Below are positions 28,125 to 38,678 of a stretch of DNA of 64,000 bases, in pieces. The translations under genes and the position numbers were made by a program. How positions within the stretch are numbered: position 1 is the stretch's first letter; the number at the start of each line of letters is the position of its first letter. The notes beneath the pieces are model-generated. The model did not search any database. It had not been told where the DNA came from and worked only from the letters and a program-made list of their open reading frames with translations. Source of the stretch: a virus (lineage: Duplodnaviria > Caudoviricetes); the IMG/VR virus record IMGVR_UViG_641509434_000001, positions 15,233 to 79,232 of that record, one strand, 5' to 3'.

Positions 28125-29024
28125 ATGACAGATCATTTTATAACGCTGTCTACCACAGAGCTAATTAACAATGATTCTATTATTAAATTGAGACATGCTG
28201 ACGTGAATAGTCAAGCCATTGTTGCTCAAATCGTAGAGAACGGTCAGCCCAAGAACTTTGAGGGCTTACAGCCATACTTTTGTTTAATGGCAAAAGAAAC
28301 CACAGGGCAAGGGGTAACAGAAGAAAGTATCGTATCTTTTGATGCCAAAAAAGGAACATTGACCTATACCCCAAGCGATAATGCCTTGCAATTTGTTGGA
28401 CGAAATGAAGCATATTTTAGCTTTAGAAGTCAAGTTGGCGATCAATGGGTGGAGCAATTTTCAACTCGAACTTTTCACTATATTGTGGAAAAATCTATAT
28501 ATTCTCAACCATTTAAAGATTCTAACTACTGGTGGACCTTTAAAGAGCTTTATCGAATCTTTAATCAGTATATTAAAGATGGTAAAAAGAGCTGGGAAGA
28601 GTTCGTGAAATCAACACGTGAAATTCTTGAATCGATTGACCCAGGTGGAGCTCTCTTAGCTAAAGTAATTGATATTAAAAAAATTGTTAATGAAAAAGTC
28701 CCAGCTGGTTTCAAGTTTGTTTTAGAACATGATTCTGAATATCAACCAGAAGTTAAAGTAACTTCATACAAAAATGCAATTGGCACTGAAACTGATGGAT
28801 TTGGTACAGGTCCAAGTTTTGGTGGAGAAACAATCTACAATGTGCCCATTAGGTTGAGCTATGACCTACAAAAAGTCTATGTAGAAATGCCTATATCGTA
28901 CCAACTTGCTGGGGAAGTTACCATTACAGTTGATAATACTTTATTAATTATCAACGGTCCACAAGTCTTATGCTTTAATATGACAGGGGCAAAAATTACA
29001 AAAGGGTATGCTTTTGTAAAATAA
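28125..29024 (+). CDS. BppU-family baseplate upper protein, copy 2
   Basis: MTDHFITLSTTE...KLRHADVNSQ...QFSTRTFHYIVEKSI resembles the lactococcal prophage BppU N-terminus. Confidence 0.75.
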   Translation: MTDHFITLSTTELINNDSIIKLRHADVNSQAIVAQIVENGQPKNFEGLQPYFCLMAKETTGQGVTEESIVSFDAKKGTLTYTPSDNALQFVGRNEAYFSFRSQVGDQWVEQFSTRTFHYIVEKSIYSQPFKDSNYWWTFKELYRIFNQYIKDGKKSWEEFVKSTREILESIDPGGALLAKVIDIKKIVNEKVPAGFKFVLEHDSEYQPEVKVTSYKNAIGTETDGFGTGPSFGGETIYNVPIRLSYDLQKVYVEMPISYQLAGEVTITVDNTLLIINGPQVLCFNMTGAKITKGYAFVK

Positions 29025-29041
29025 TGAGAAGGAGAAATTAA

Positions 29042-30400
29042 ATGGCTGAATTAACTAAAATTTATGAAGGAATAGATAATGGAGTTCAAATAACCGATGA
29101 TAATTTTGGAAAAATTAATGCAGAGTTAACTTCGGGCGGAAATGTTGTTCATAAAACTGGTGACGAATCAATTGGAGGAAGAAAAACATTTACCACTGAT
29201 ATGACAGTGAAAAATATATCTGCCAGTGGTTCGCTTAGTTCTAAAATTGTTTCTAGAAAAATGGACACACCAGCAATCAAGCATACCTTTATAAGAACAG
29301 GGAATATGGTTACACTTACTACAGAAACCAAATCAGGTATTGCTCAAACTACCGCTTATTCTATTCCATCTGGGTATAGACCGTTCAATGATGGCACGAA
29401 CCCTATTTATGAGCAGGTATTATCCGGTGGGAAAAGTGCAATCATTCGTTCTTCCAACGCAAAATGGCAACCTCGTGAATCTGCAGGATTAGATGGGAAT
29501 TTATTTGGAACGATTAGATGGCCGACAAAAGATAGTTTCCCAGATAAATTTCCAATTAATCGGTATAAACTGTATGTTGGTCAAGATGGAGCAAAAGTAG
29601 GTAACGAATATTGGTTATTTGGTGGGTCATCACCAGACCATAACTCAACAGATTACATCCACAGGATTAATCCCACAGATTTTAGCGAGATTGGTTTAAT
29701 CAAGCACAATCTTGGACATGCAAACGGCGTTGATTATCGCAATAATGCATTACTTGTCTATAATGGTAGTGCATTTCCACCAGAGATTAATTTATATAAA
29801 AACCCAGATAATACAAAGACTGAGTTAAAAATACAGGATTCTGCAAACACTCAGATTATATTTAAAGAAAGTAACAAGCTACTTCCTGGTGATGGATCTG
29901 CATGTTTTGGCATTGATAGAACGATTGTTTATTATGCTTATTCTACTGGCGGAACACAAATGGTAATATTAAAAATTTTACTAGGTCTTGGCAACAATGA
30001 TTTATCTGATAAAACTATCGATAAGTCTGATAACCAACATTGGGGTAGTTTTGTAAGCGGCAAAAGCAGTGATGATTATAATGGCACTGCTCAAATAATT
30101 GCGTCTTATACTGGTGACATTTCAGGGAATAATCAGCCTCAAGGAATGGCGTTTGACGGCGATTTATATTTAGGCATATCTATTCAGGATCCAAAAGCTT
30201 ATCAACTACAACTGTTTGATGAGGGTATATTTAAAGTCGTAGACATTTATAATGCAGAAATGACTGATAGTGGAAATAATGTTATTCCTTTAGAACCAGA
30301 AATTACACTTATAGATCCGACAAGACGACGCTTATTTATCGGCTCAACTGGTGGAGATAATAATAGTCTATCAAACTTAGCCGAATTTACTTTAGATTAA
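29042..30400 (+). CDS. receptor-binding protein: copy of the 27533 protein extended by a ~285-aa propeller-like domain
   Basis: First ~168 aa closely match 27533..28039; extension contains HNLGHANGVDY and QPQGMAFDG. Confidence 0.7.
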   Translation: MAELTKIYEGIDNGVQITDDNFGKINAELTSGGNVVHKTGDESIGGRKTFTTDMTVKNISASGSLSSKIVSRKMDTPAIKHTFIRTGNMVTLTTETKSGIAQTTAYSIPSGYRPFNDGTNPIYEQVLSGGKSAIIRSSNAKWQPRESAGLDGNLFGTIRWPTKDSFPDKFPINRYKLYVGQDGAKVGNEYWLFGGSSPDHNSTDYIHRINPTDFSEIGLIKHNLGHANGVDYRNNALLVYNGSAFPPEINLYKNPDNTKTELKIQDSANTQIIFKESNKLLPGDGSACFGIDRTIVYYAYSTGGTQMVILKILLGLGNNDLSDKTIDKSDNQHWGSFVSGKSSDDYNGTAQIIASYTGDISGNNQPQGMAFDGDLYLGISIQDPKAYQLQLFDEGIFKVVDIYNAEMTDSGNNVIPLEPEITLIDPTRRRLFIGSTGGDNNSLSNLAEFTLD

Positions 30401-30487
30401 AGGCACTTTTAACAGCACTTTATGAATAACGCATTTAATTTAACTTAGTAGACTTTATATCTACTAAACAAATATAGGAGAAATAAC

Positions 30488-30537
30488 TATGAGAATACGA
30501 GATAGAGTATTGTCATACTGGTTTTGGGATGTATCTT
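30488..30537 (+). repeat. 50-bp direct repeat, copy 2
   Basis: Identical to 26494-26543. Confidence 0.9.
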
Positions 30538-30886
30538 CACTATCTACAGTGGCTGTTATCACTGTCATATTTACTCAGTTCAATGACCCATTAGTTCATC
30601 TGGATCCTCGGGCTTCTGTTATGACATCAGTACCATTTTATATACTTGCAGTATCAACTGGAGTGTTTACATCGTGTATATTCACTTTCACACTACCTGG
30701 AAGTCATCAAAGGCAAAACATGTAGCAGTAATGATGCTTTCGGCTCTGTGGTCACTAATAGCATTTTCGTTAGTAACTTCAGACTTGCCAATCATAACTG
30801 TTAGAATGGTTATGTGTAGTTTGATGTGGATAGATATACTCTTCCACGCATGGATAGAACCAATTAGACGTGGAGGGGTCTTATGA
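30489..30886 (+). CDS. multi-TM membrane protein of the lysis cassette (apparent frameshift ~30690)
   Basis: Two overlapping hydrophobic ORFs (30489..30725 and 30674..30886) that join into one ~4-TM protein. Confidence 0.55.
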
Positions 30887-31242
30887 CAATAGATGATAAT
30901 ACAAAAGCTGTTATCCAAATACTTATAGGTACAGCAGGTGGATGGCTTGCTTCATGGCTAACATATAGGGGCAAACGTGGTGATAACAACAAAGATCTAA
31001 TGACTACAGCCAATGAGAAGTGGTTAGATCGTATAGATGATTTAGAGGAAAAATTTGACAAAGTAGTTTCAGATAATGCTGAGATAACAAAACAATTGTC
31101 TGAGACCTTATTTGAGAATAGCAATCTTAGATCTAAGATTACAGAGCTAAACTCTGAAATCACAGGTCTTAGAGAAGACCTTGCTAGCTTAAGGACTGAG
31201 ATGAAAGACGAAAGTTCAAGAAAGGACTATAATGACAATTAA
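30883..31242 (+). CDS. single-TM coiled-coil lysis-associated protein
   Basis: N-terminal TM helix followed by coiled coil; lysis cassette. Confidence 0.6.
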   Translation: MTIDDNTKAVIQILIGTAGGWLASWLTYRGKRGDNNKDLMTTANEKWLDRIDDLEEKFDKVVSDNAEITKQLSETLFENSNLRSKITELNSEITGLREDLASLRTEMKDESSRKDYNDN

Positions 31243-31570
31243 TCAAATCATGGAATTAATTCCAAAAATTCTTGACACATTAGTATTAATAGGTGTTGCA
31301 TCTGGGGTGTCTATCCCATTGATTCAAAACCTACTAGCTAGTGTTAAGTCAAAGAAAATTAAACAAGTAGCTGACTGGGCACTTGAAACAGTTAAATGGG
31401 CAGATGTAAATTTCTCTCATTTAGAAGGTGCTGATAGACGTGCTAAAGCTATTGAAGAACTTGGTGGTATTATTAATAATACTTCCCAAAAATTCAATAT
31501 GTCTACTACAGACATCGAACGTAAAATTGATGCTGCATACAAAGACTATAAAGGTTCAAACTTAGATTAA
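31232..31570 (+). CDS. holin (LL-H-like)
   Basis: N-terminal TM helix, GADRRAKA, IERKIDAAY; directly upstream of the lysin. Confidence 0.7.
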   Translation: MTINQIMELIPKILDTLVLIGVASGVSIPLIQNLLASVKSKKIKQVADWALETVKWADVNFSHLEGADRRAKAIEELGGIINNTSQKFNMSTTDIERKIDAAYKDYKGSNLD

Positions 31571-31582
31571 GGAGAATAAATA

Positions 31583-32626
31583 ATGGTTGTATATGACAAA
31601 ACATTTCAATTAGGAGCAGGCCAAGGAGCATCAGGTCAAGCTTCAAGACAATACATTATCATTCATGATACTGCAAATGATGATAACCAAGGAAGTAACT
31701 CTGCTTATAATGAAGCAAGTTTCATGCACAATAACTGGCAAAATGCATACACACATGCTATTGCTGGTTGGGATAAAGTATATATTGTAGGGGAACCTGG
31801 ATATATTGCTTATGGTGCAGGTAGTCCAGCTAATGAACGCTCACCATTCCAAATCGAGTTGGCACACTACAGTGACCCAACAAAACAAAAACAATCTTAT
31901 GCTAACTACATTAATGCTGTACGTGAGTATGCTAAGATCTTCAATATCCCACTTGCTCTTGATGGAGCAGGTAATGGTATCAAGTCTCATAAATGGGTAT
32001 CTGATAACCTTTGGGGAGACCACCAAGATCCTTATGGCTACTTGGCTCGTATTGGTATTTCTAAAGCACAGTTGGCTGCTGACTTGGCTAATGGTGTAGG
32101 CTCAGATGCTGGTTCAACTCCAGCTCCAACACCTACTCCAACACCAACTCCAACACCAACTCCAAGCAAACCTGCTCAAAAGGTACCAACTAATGTAGTA
32201 TATGGATTGCACCAAAAAGGTGGAGGTTGGCTAGGAGAAATCACTAACTTCAACAACAGCGAATCTAATGGGTTTGCTGGGTTGCCAAGTCATCAACATG
32301 ACTTGCTCTATATGCGAGTAACTAATGGTGCATTGAAATACCGAGTACATACTATCGAAGATGGTTGGCTCGGTTGGGTAACAAATGGTAATAAGAATGA
32401 TACTGTTAATGGATGTGCTGGTATTTCTGGTCACACTATTGATGGCGTACAAGCTTATTTCTACACACCTAGCGGTGAAGTATATCAACAAGCTCATTAT
32501 CGGTCACAAACGGCTAAACGTTCAGGTTGGTTAGCTCCAGTAGTTGACGATTCAGACTTTGCAGGTATCTTTGGAGAACCTTTAGATAGATTGCAAGTAG
32601 CAATTAGTAATATAAACCCATTCTAA
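31583..32626 (+). CDS. endolysin, N-acetylmuramoyl-L-alanine amidase (Amidase_2) with PT linker and cell-wall-binding domain
   Basis: [28 protein letters not shown]; (PT)n linker; GW-containing C-terminal repeats. Confidence 0.9.
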   Translation: MVVYDKTFQLGAGQGASGQASRQYIIIHDTANDDNQGSNSAYNEASFMHNNWQNAYTHAIAGWDKVYIVGEPGYIAYGAGSPANERSPFQIELAHYSDPTKQKQSYANYINAVREYAKIFNIPLALDGAGNGIKSHKWVSDNLWGDHQDPYGYLARIGISKAQLAADLANGVGSDAGSTPAPTPTPTPTPTPTPSKPAQKVPTNVVYGLHQKGGGWLGEITNFNNSESNGFAGLPSHQHDLLYMRVTNGALKYRVHTIEDGWLGWVTNGNKNDTVNGCAGISGHTIDGVQAYFYTPSGEVYQQAHYRSQTAKRSGWLAPVVDDSDFAGIFGEPLDRLQVAISNINPF

Positions 32627-32637
32627 ATGGTAAATTA

Positions 32638-32663
32638 AGCATGCCTTCGGGTGTGCTTTTTTT
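32638..32663 (+). terminator. rho-independent terminator
   Basis: AAGCATGCC-TTCG-GGTGTGCTT followed by a T tract. Confidence 0.85.
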
Positions 32664-32664
32664 C

Positions 32665-32690
32665 GAGATACAATAGTTACTAATACTATA
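32665..32690 (+). promoter_or_regulatory. putative phage RNAP promoter
   Basis: GAGATACAATAGTTACTAATACTATA immediately after a terminator. Confidence 0.75.
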
Positions 32691-32839
32691 AGGAATAGAA
32701 ATATTGCTTATAGAATCTAAACAGAACTTAGGAATGATTTAGCTTTAGTGTACTAAGGAAAGTTGAAAGAAAAGGTAGAAATTTACTACAGTTACAATCA
32801 TACATGTATTAGAGGCCTACCCAGTTTGAGGAGAACCCT

Positions 32840-33487
32840 TTGAAAAAGACACTACTTACTATCGCAGTTGCAGTTGCAGCTATTGCAACTCCATCATTAG
32901 CTAATGCTGATTCAGCAAATCATACTGAAGAACAAAAGCAAAATGAAGCTTTGGTTGTTATCAATGGTAATCACAGAAATGGTGAAGACCGTAAGGTATC
33001 ACTCAAAGCTAATGGTTTTGATTATGATGAAATTCAAAACATTGTAAACCAAATCATTTGGGGAACAACTGACGAATCAGTAAATAATGTTCCAGTACAA
33101 ACCGAAACAACTCAACCTGTACAAGAACAATCTGCACCTGCAGAAGAAACACAGCCAGCTGCAGAAACTACAGCTCAACCAGAAGTTACACAACCAGCTC
33201 CAGCTACTACTGCTGGACTTGACTTGAATACTACATCTGGATCTGTTGATATCACAGCATTGGCTAACTATATGGCTTCAGCACATCCAGTAATGAGTGC
33301 TGGTCAATGGGCAAATGTTATCTCACGTGAATCAGGAGGTAGTTTAACTGCAACCAATGCTTCTAGTGAAGCTTATGGTGTGTTTCAATTGTTGGGCCAC
33401 GGCGAATATCCTGGCATGACACTTGGTCAACAAATTGCTATGGCAAGTACATTGCCTGCATCTGCTTGGGCAGAAACTCTTTATTAA
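32840..33487 (+). CDS. secreted protein: signal peptide, CW_7-like repeat, linker, lytic transglycosylase-like domain
   Basis: MKKTLLTIAVAVAAIATPSLANA; VINGNHRNGEDRKVSLKANGFDYDEIQNIVN; VISRESGG...AYGVFQL. Confidence 0.8.
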   Translation: MKKTLLTIAVAVAAIATPSLANADSANHTEEQKQNEALVVINGNHRNGEDRKVSLKANGFDYDEIQNIVNQIIWGTTDESVNNVPVQTETTQPVQEQSAPAEETQPAAETTAQPEVTQPAPATTAGLDLNTTSGSVDITALANYMASAHPVMSAGQWANVISRESGGSLTATNASSEAYGVFQLLGHGEYPGMTLGQQIAMASTLPASAWAETLY

Positions 33488-33620
33488 GAGTAGTATGAGG
33501 AATGCTTAATTGCAAACCTCATATAAATGGTTACTAGTATATAGTAGCTATCTATATGAGATTTGATAAAGTCTCAAAAGAAACTATCTAAGGAGAGATA
33601 GATAGGTATAAGGAGAAAAT

Positions 33621-35684
33621 ATGACAACATCACTTACGATAGATCCTAGTTTGCTATCAGAAGTAACAGTTTATAAAAATGTACCAGTATACTCACCAAA
33701 CAAAGTGGTGTTCTTTAAGAATGCTACTGACAGGTCTGCATACTTTAACATGTTTGAAAAGATATCAGGTAATGTTATGAACTTCATGAGGTTTGACTCA
33801 GAAATGCGTTTTCAAATGCGGTATGAAGATGCCTGGGGGTACAACTACATTTCATTCAAAGATAGAAAAGATGGAATAGAAATATTTGCTTTCATTAATA
33901 ACTACGATTATGTTAGACCAGATGTAACTAGATTTTCTATTCAGATTGACGTTATTACTACATTCTGTATGGGAGAATTTCTTGCTCCATTTAATAACTT
34001 ACAAATTTCACGACAAATGATTACTAAGTCTGAGTATGCTTTAAATAGTCTTTATTACAAATCTCAGTCTTCAGATACTATCTCAGTACCATCTGGTATA
34101 GTAGGACAATCATCATATTTGTTTGATGATAAGAGATATGTAAGTACAACATCCCCAGTTGCTAGTCTATTTAGTAGTTCATACATAGTTGTATTCAGTA
34201 TGACTGCAGATATTGAAGCAGACTTTGGTAAAATAGATGCTAATACTGGTCAAGGTACTCCACGTATAAGTGCATCACCTACAGTAACTTATGACTTGAT
34301 TACATCAGCCAATGACTTACTAGTATGTGACTATGATAACTGGGTCAAGTTAATTTCAACTAACTTGAAAGACTATCCTTACATTTCTAAGAATATTCAG
34401 AAAGCTGTATTGCTTCCTAAAATGTTCTTTGTAGGTACACCAAACAATACAGTAACTGACAATGACTTTACTGAAGTTAAAGTAGGTAATAGAACAGGAA
34501 GTTGGATAGGTGGAGATAGAGCTAAAGTTTATAGATTTAAGACTAACAGAACCTCTCAAGAATTTGACTGGTTTTCTATCTCGTATGCAGATTTGTTAAA
34601 TAACTCATTTGCAACTCCTATTGAAGAAGAGTTCTTTAGATCTCCTTACTTCTATATTGATACAACTGACTGGCATGGCCAAACAGTTCAATTAATGCCT
34701 GAGTTACTTAACAACATTACAAACACTGCCTCTACTGGTAAGTTACACTATCATTGTCAAATGGTGTTAGGCCACTTGAATTCATTTGGTATCTACCCTC
34801 TTGATTACAACTCATTTGGTAGAGAAGCTGGTCGATTCAACTATACACCAGCTGGTAATGAAGCAAGTGCTTCTGACCAAGCAGTCAAATCAGGTCAAGA
34901 TAAAGGTGAATATCTTAACACAGCTATAATGTATTCTGACTTTAATGAAATTCCTGTACCATATGATAGCTTTAAACTTTCAGTTGCTGACAAAGCATAT
35001 GCTAGAGACATGAATTATGCTGGTACTAATATGGGACAAGCAGATAGAGCTGCTGGTCGTAAGATTCCAGGTATTCGTGATGCACAGAATGATAGATATG
35101 TAAATAAGCTCAGAACATATTCTAATTCTGGTATGGAAGCTGCAAATCAAAGTATGCAAAAAGGTTTGCAAGACAGTGCTAATGGAGACATTGCTGGAAT
35201 CTACAATGGAGCAAAACAAGCTTATATGGATAGACTTACTGCTAATGCAAATAATCTTACTGAAGCATCAGACTTCTGGACTAGCTTAGACAACTCACTT
35301 GATTCAGATAGATACTCAAATGGAGCAAATGGTTCAGCTGCTTCATCAACTACAGGTATGGCATTCAACATGAAGAATCGTACCTTTGGTATTGGTCTTA
35401 AATATAGAGGTCCAGTAAACCAATCTCAATATGACTATATTAAACGCTACTACAGAACAATGGGATATTTGTGTAACTACTCTGGCAAAGCACAAAGTCT
35501 ATTCTCACATAAGTACATGAACTTCATTGCATGTTCAGGTAACTTTACATTGCCAAATATGGATCCAAACCTCATGGGTATGATTAGAGCTATTCTTGAA
35601 TCAGGTGTTCAATTATGGCATTATCAACCAGGAGTTAAAGACCCATTCCAACAAGACTTACTATATAATGAAAGGATAGCATAA
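33621..35684 (+). CDS. phi29 gp9-like tail knob / major tail protein
   Basis: YNYISF...FAFINNYDYVRPDVTRFSIQIDVITTF near the N-terminus; YYRTMGY...ILESGVQLWH at the C-terminus. Confidence 0.8.
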   Translation: MTTSLTIDPSLLSEVTVYKNVPVYSPNKVVFFKNATDRSAYFNMFEKISGNVMNFMRFDSEMRFQMRYEDAWGYNYISFKDRKDGIEIFAFINNYDYVRPDVTRFSIQIDVITTFCMGEFLAPFNNLQISRQMITKSEYALNSLYYKSQSSDTISVPSGIVGQSSYLFDDKRYVSTTSPVASLFSSSYIVVFSMTADIEADFGKIDANTGQGTPRISASPTVTYDLITSANDLLVCDYDNWVKLISTNLKDYPYISKNIQKAVLLPKMFFVGTPNNTVTDNDFTEVKVGNRTGSWIGGDRAKVYRFKTNRTSQEFDWFSISYADLLNNSFATPIEEEFFRSPYFYIDTTDWHGQTVQLMPELLNNITNTASTGKLHYHCQMVLGHLNSFGIYPLDYNSFGREAGRFNYTPAGNEASASDQAVKSGQDKGEYLNTAIMYSDFNEIPVPYDSFKLSVADKAYARDMNYAGTNMGQADRAAGRKIPGIRDAQNDRYVNKLRTYSNSGMEAANQSMQKGLQDSANGDIAGIYNGAKQAYMDRLTANANNLTEASDFWTSLDNSLDSDRYSNGANGSAASSTTGMAFNMKNRTFGIGLKYRGPVNQSQYDYIKRYYRTMGYLCNYSGKAQSLFSHKYMNFIACSGNFTLPNMDPNLMGMIRAILESGVQLWHYQPGVKDPFQQDLLYNERIA

Positions 35685-37432
35685 TGTCACTAATTCCAAA
35701 CGTTGCACTTCGTTGGTATACTTATCGGTATGCAAGAGGAAGTGTTTCATTTTCTCAAGATAGAAATCAACTAGCTAATACTAATAATAGAGGACCATGT
35801 TTCCCTACAGGAGCAATTGTAAGAGCTGTGTCAAATAAAATAGCAGGCAGTTCTATAAATGCTGGTGGTGTTTTAACCTCTCCAGCTCCTAACTTCTTTA
35901 GCTTTCAAACAGATATTCTTGCAAGTCTACCTGATATGGACATCGGAGAACCTATATCTAACCCTGACTATGAGGGTAGACAAAAAGGCGATGTTATTAT
36001 ATTAAGTAGTGAAAAGAGTACTGTAGATAAAAATGCTAGATATGATGCTGGTATGATGCTTGATGGCTATAATATGATTGCAGTTACTAATGTCTATGAC
36101 CCAGTAGGTAAAGGTATTAGAATTGTAAACTTACATGACTATTATGCTTCAAGTGGAGCTCAGGGTATTGACTACTATAGAGCTAATATAGTAGAGCAAT
36201 CCTTAGTTGAAACAGGCTTTGAAAAAGATTGGACAGGAGATTATCCAAAGTATTTATCTTATGCTGCAGCTTTGTATATTGCTTGCTATCTTGAATCACA
36301 AACACCAGCTAACATCATCGATGCAGGTAAATCAGAATGGCTTGATTATATGCAAACTAGTTGCTATGATCAAAAGTATGCTAATACTTTAGTAGACGAA
36401 GACCCAAAGAGTCAACGTGATGCATTTAAAATAGCATACGAAGATGCTAAAGGCTATGGTCTATTCAATTTACCAAATGGTAAAGATATGACTATTGAAC
36501 AACAAATTAACACAGTATTAGAAAATATCAAACTTAGTAGCAACGGAATTACAAACTCTGGACTTAATAATGGGGGCGCAAAAGTTACTATTGGTCAGCG
36601 AAGAGTAGGTGATCCACAACTAAGAATGAGAATTGATTCTAAGGATGTAAAAAAACAAGAATCAGTAGTATCTGATGACCACCCTGCTCGTCAAGTTGAC
36701 ACTGAAGGTAATGCATTGCTTTATGTTGCAAATCAATATGTAGAATCAAATTCAATGCTTGTACCTCTTCATTTGCCTTCTTACTTTAAAGTAGGTGGAG
36801 GTAAACCACATAGTACTAGTAATAATACATCTCATAATGGTGGAATATCTCCATCAAGTCCTGCAGGAACTGGTAAGTTCATGAATGATGCAGTAAACTA
36901 TGACTTTAAACTTACAATAGATAAAGTGGTAGACTGGATAATTTCAAATGGCTCAGTTGGTCGATTCAAAGCTTGGTGCAATAATGATAGAACTAAATGT
37001 AAACAAGTTCTTGAAGCAGTACAAGCTGCAGGTATGTCACCTGCTTGGTTTGCTGCTTATGAGTCTCAAGAAAATGGTAATGGTCGAGCTTCAGCAGATA
37101 GTGGTGGTACTTATGACTGGCTTAATGCCCGGTATGTAGGTGGCTCTCTATCTGGTGAACCTCCACTTACTGGAGACCCAGTACAAGATGCTGCTAACAC
37201 AGCTAAGATTCTATTACCTCATGCTTCTTCAACTACACCAGCTGGTGGGTTTGGAGTAAATACTGAAGCAGCGGCAGCAGCTATGCAACAATTGCCTACT
37301 CCAAGTATAGGTAGACTTTATGTTGCAGCTACAGCAGCAGCAGCGGCAGAGCTAATTAATCAAGATATTGGATATGGTAAGCCAATGGCAGCATGTTCAG
37401 CAGTAATCGTAGCTATGGGAGGTACATTGTAA
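35684..37432 (+). CDS. putative tail-associated peptidoglycan hydrolase
   Basis: Follows the tail knob; NlpC-like N-terminus and lysozyme-like segments (GYGLFN, SPAWFAAYESQE). Confidence 0.55.
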   Translation: MSLIPNVALRWYTYRYARGSVSFSQDRNQLANTNNRGPCFPTGAIVRAVSNKIAGSSINAGGVLTSPAPNFFSFQTDILASLPDMDIGEPISNPDYEGRQKGDVIILSSEKSTVDKNARYDAGMMLDGYNMIAVTNVYDPVGKGIRIVNLHDYYASSGAQGIDYYRANIVEQSLVETGFEKDWTGDYPKYLSYAAALYIACYLESQTPANIIDAGKSEWLDYMQTSCYDQKYANTLVDEDPKSQRDAFKIAYEDAKGYGLFNLPNGKDMTIEQQINTVLENIKLSSNGITNSGLNNGGAKVTIGQRRVGDPQLRMRIDSKDVKKQESVVSDDHPARQVDTEGNALLYVANQYVESNSMLVPLHLPSYFKVGGGKPHSTSNNTSHNGGISPSSPAGTGKFMNDAVNYDFKLTIDKVVDWIISNGSVGRFKAWCNNDRTKCKQVLEAVQAAGMSPAWFAAYESQENGNGRASADSGGTYDWLNARYVGGSLSGEPPLTGDPVQDAANTAKILLPHASSTTPAGGFGVNTEAAAAAMQQLPTPSIGRLYVAATAAAAAELINQDIGYGKPMAACSAVIVAMGGTL

Positions 37433-38139
37433 TGGTTCAAGTTGTTCAGTTCTATATGGACAAATCAAATGGATATTACTATCCACAAGTATATGAAGAC
37501 GGTCAAAAATCACCAATTACTTCTACTCCAAGTCCATCAGGAGATGGTTCAAGTTCATTGTCTGGAACACAACCTCCATCAGAAGCAACTCCAGGCAACT
37601 GTGACTTAAAAGGTAAAGCACTGGAAGCAGCTAAATGGTGTATGGACGCCAAGAACTGGAATGGTATCACTGACTACAACCACCCGGGGTTGGACGTAAG
37701 TGGTAGTGACGGACTAGGTCGAGGCAAAGTAAGAGGTTCAGCTCAATGTACTGACTTAGTTTGGGCATTTGTAGCTTATCTTGAAGGCACATTAGGAGTT
37801 GAAGGTGGAGATACTCCAGCATGGAATGTTGAAGCAGGTGTTCAATCTGTATTTGGCAACTATCCTGGATATGCAAACTGGAATACAGTTAGAATAAATA
37901 GTATTGATGACTTAAGACTTGGAGATGTAATTCGTGAAGAAGCAACTCCTGGCATGGGAGGTACTCATAGTGAAGTTGTAGCTAAGATTGACAAGGCTGC
38001 AGGTAAAGTTTACTATCTTACACAAAACCCAGACTCACCTGCTATTAATGAAGTATCAACACCAGTAACTGGACCAGTAAAAGGGTCTTGGGGAACAGAT
38101 AAAATAGCATCAAGAATGCCAACTAAGTATATGAGCTAA
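37432..38139 (+). CDS. tail CHAP-domain protein
   Basis: QCTDLVWAF, LRLGDVI, GTHSEVV, YLTQN. Confidence 0.7.
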   Translation: MVQVVQFYMDKSNGYYYPQVYEDGQKSPITSTPSPSGDGSSSLSGTQPPSEATPGNCDLKGKALEAAKWCMDAKNWNGITDYNHPGLDVSGSDGLGRGKVRGSAQCTDLVWAFVAYLEGTLGVEGGDTPAWNVEAGVQSVFGNYPGYANWNTVRINSIDDLRLGDVIREEATPGMGGTHSEVVAKIDKAAGKVYYLTQNPDSPAINEVSTPVTGPVKGSWGTDKIASRMPTKYMS

Positions 38140-38148
38140 GGAGAGAAA

Positions 38149-38421
38149 ATGAAAAACGAAGTACCAGCATTTATTGCTGACTGGATTGATAAATATGATG
38201 TTTACGCATTATGCAACTTATATATGAATGGTTTTGCTTATGTAAATGATGACTTAGATAAAGGTACATATCTAGTAGTAGTTGATGAATTCTTTTATAA
38301 TATTGAAAACTGGCTATCTTTACATGCGACTATTACAGGCTACAAGAAAGTTACTGACTTAATTGCTGATCTTAAAGTTATGGGTTATGAAAAAGAACGT
38401 AAGTTAGGAGTACTCAAATGA
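38149..38421 (+). CDS. DUF1642-like small phage protein
   Basis: EVPAFIADWIDK N-terminal motif. Confidence 0.5.
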   Translation: MKNEVPAFIADWIDKYDVYALCNLYMNGFAYVNDDLDKGTYLVVVDEFFYNIENWLSLHATITGYKKVTDLIADLKVMGYEKERKLGVLK

Positions 38422-38678
38422 TACTAGAAGTAAACTACTTTAAAGCAACATCAGGTAAGTGGAAACACACAAAATCATTTACTATTCCACAACAGTACAT
38501 TAATGATATGTACATAGTTAAAGACAATGTTGAAGCAATGGCTAAGTTGAATTATGCTTTCAGAGTATGGGTAGAAGTTACAATTGCAGATGATGAATTT
38601 ATTGCTGTACCAGATGTAAATGATAGTCCTATTATTGAAGAACTATTTGGCTTTCCAATGATGGTAATGCCTGGATGA
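38418..38678 (+). CDS. hypothetical protein
   Basis: AGGAG RBS; YFKATSGKW. Confidence 0.6.
   Translation: MILEVNYFKATSGKWKHTKSFTIPQQYINDMYIVKDNVEAMAKLNYAFRVWVEVTIADDEFIAVPDVNDSPIIEELFGFPMMVMPG

Noticed and set aside
32119-32166. Short tandem repeat (CCAACA/CCAACT)
   Set aside because: Encodes the ordinary Pro-Thr linker of the endolysin
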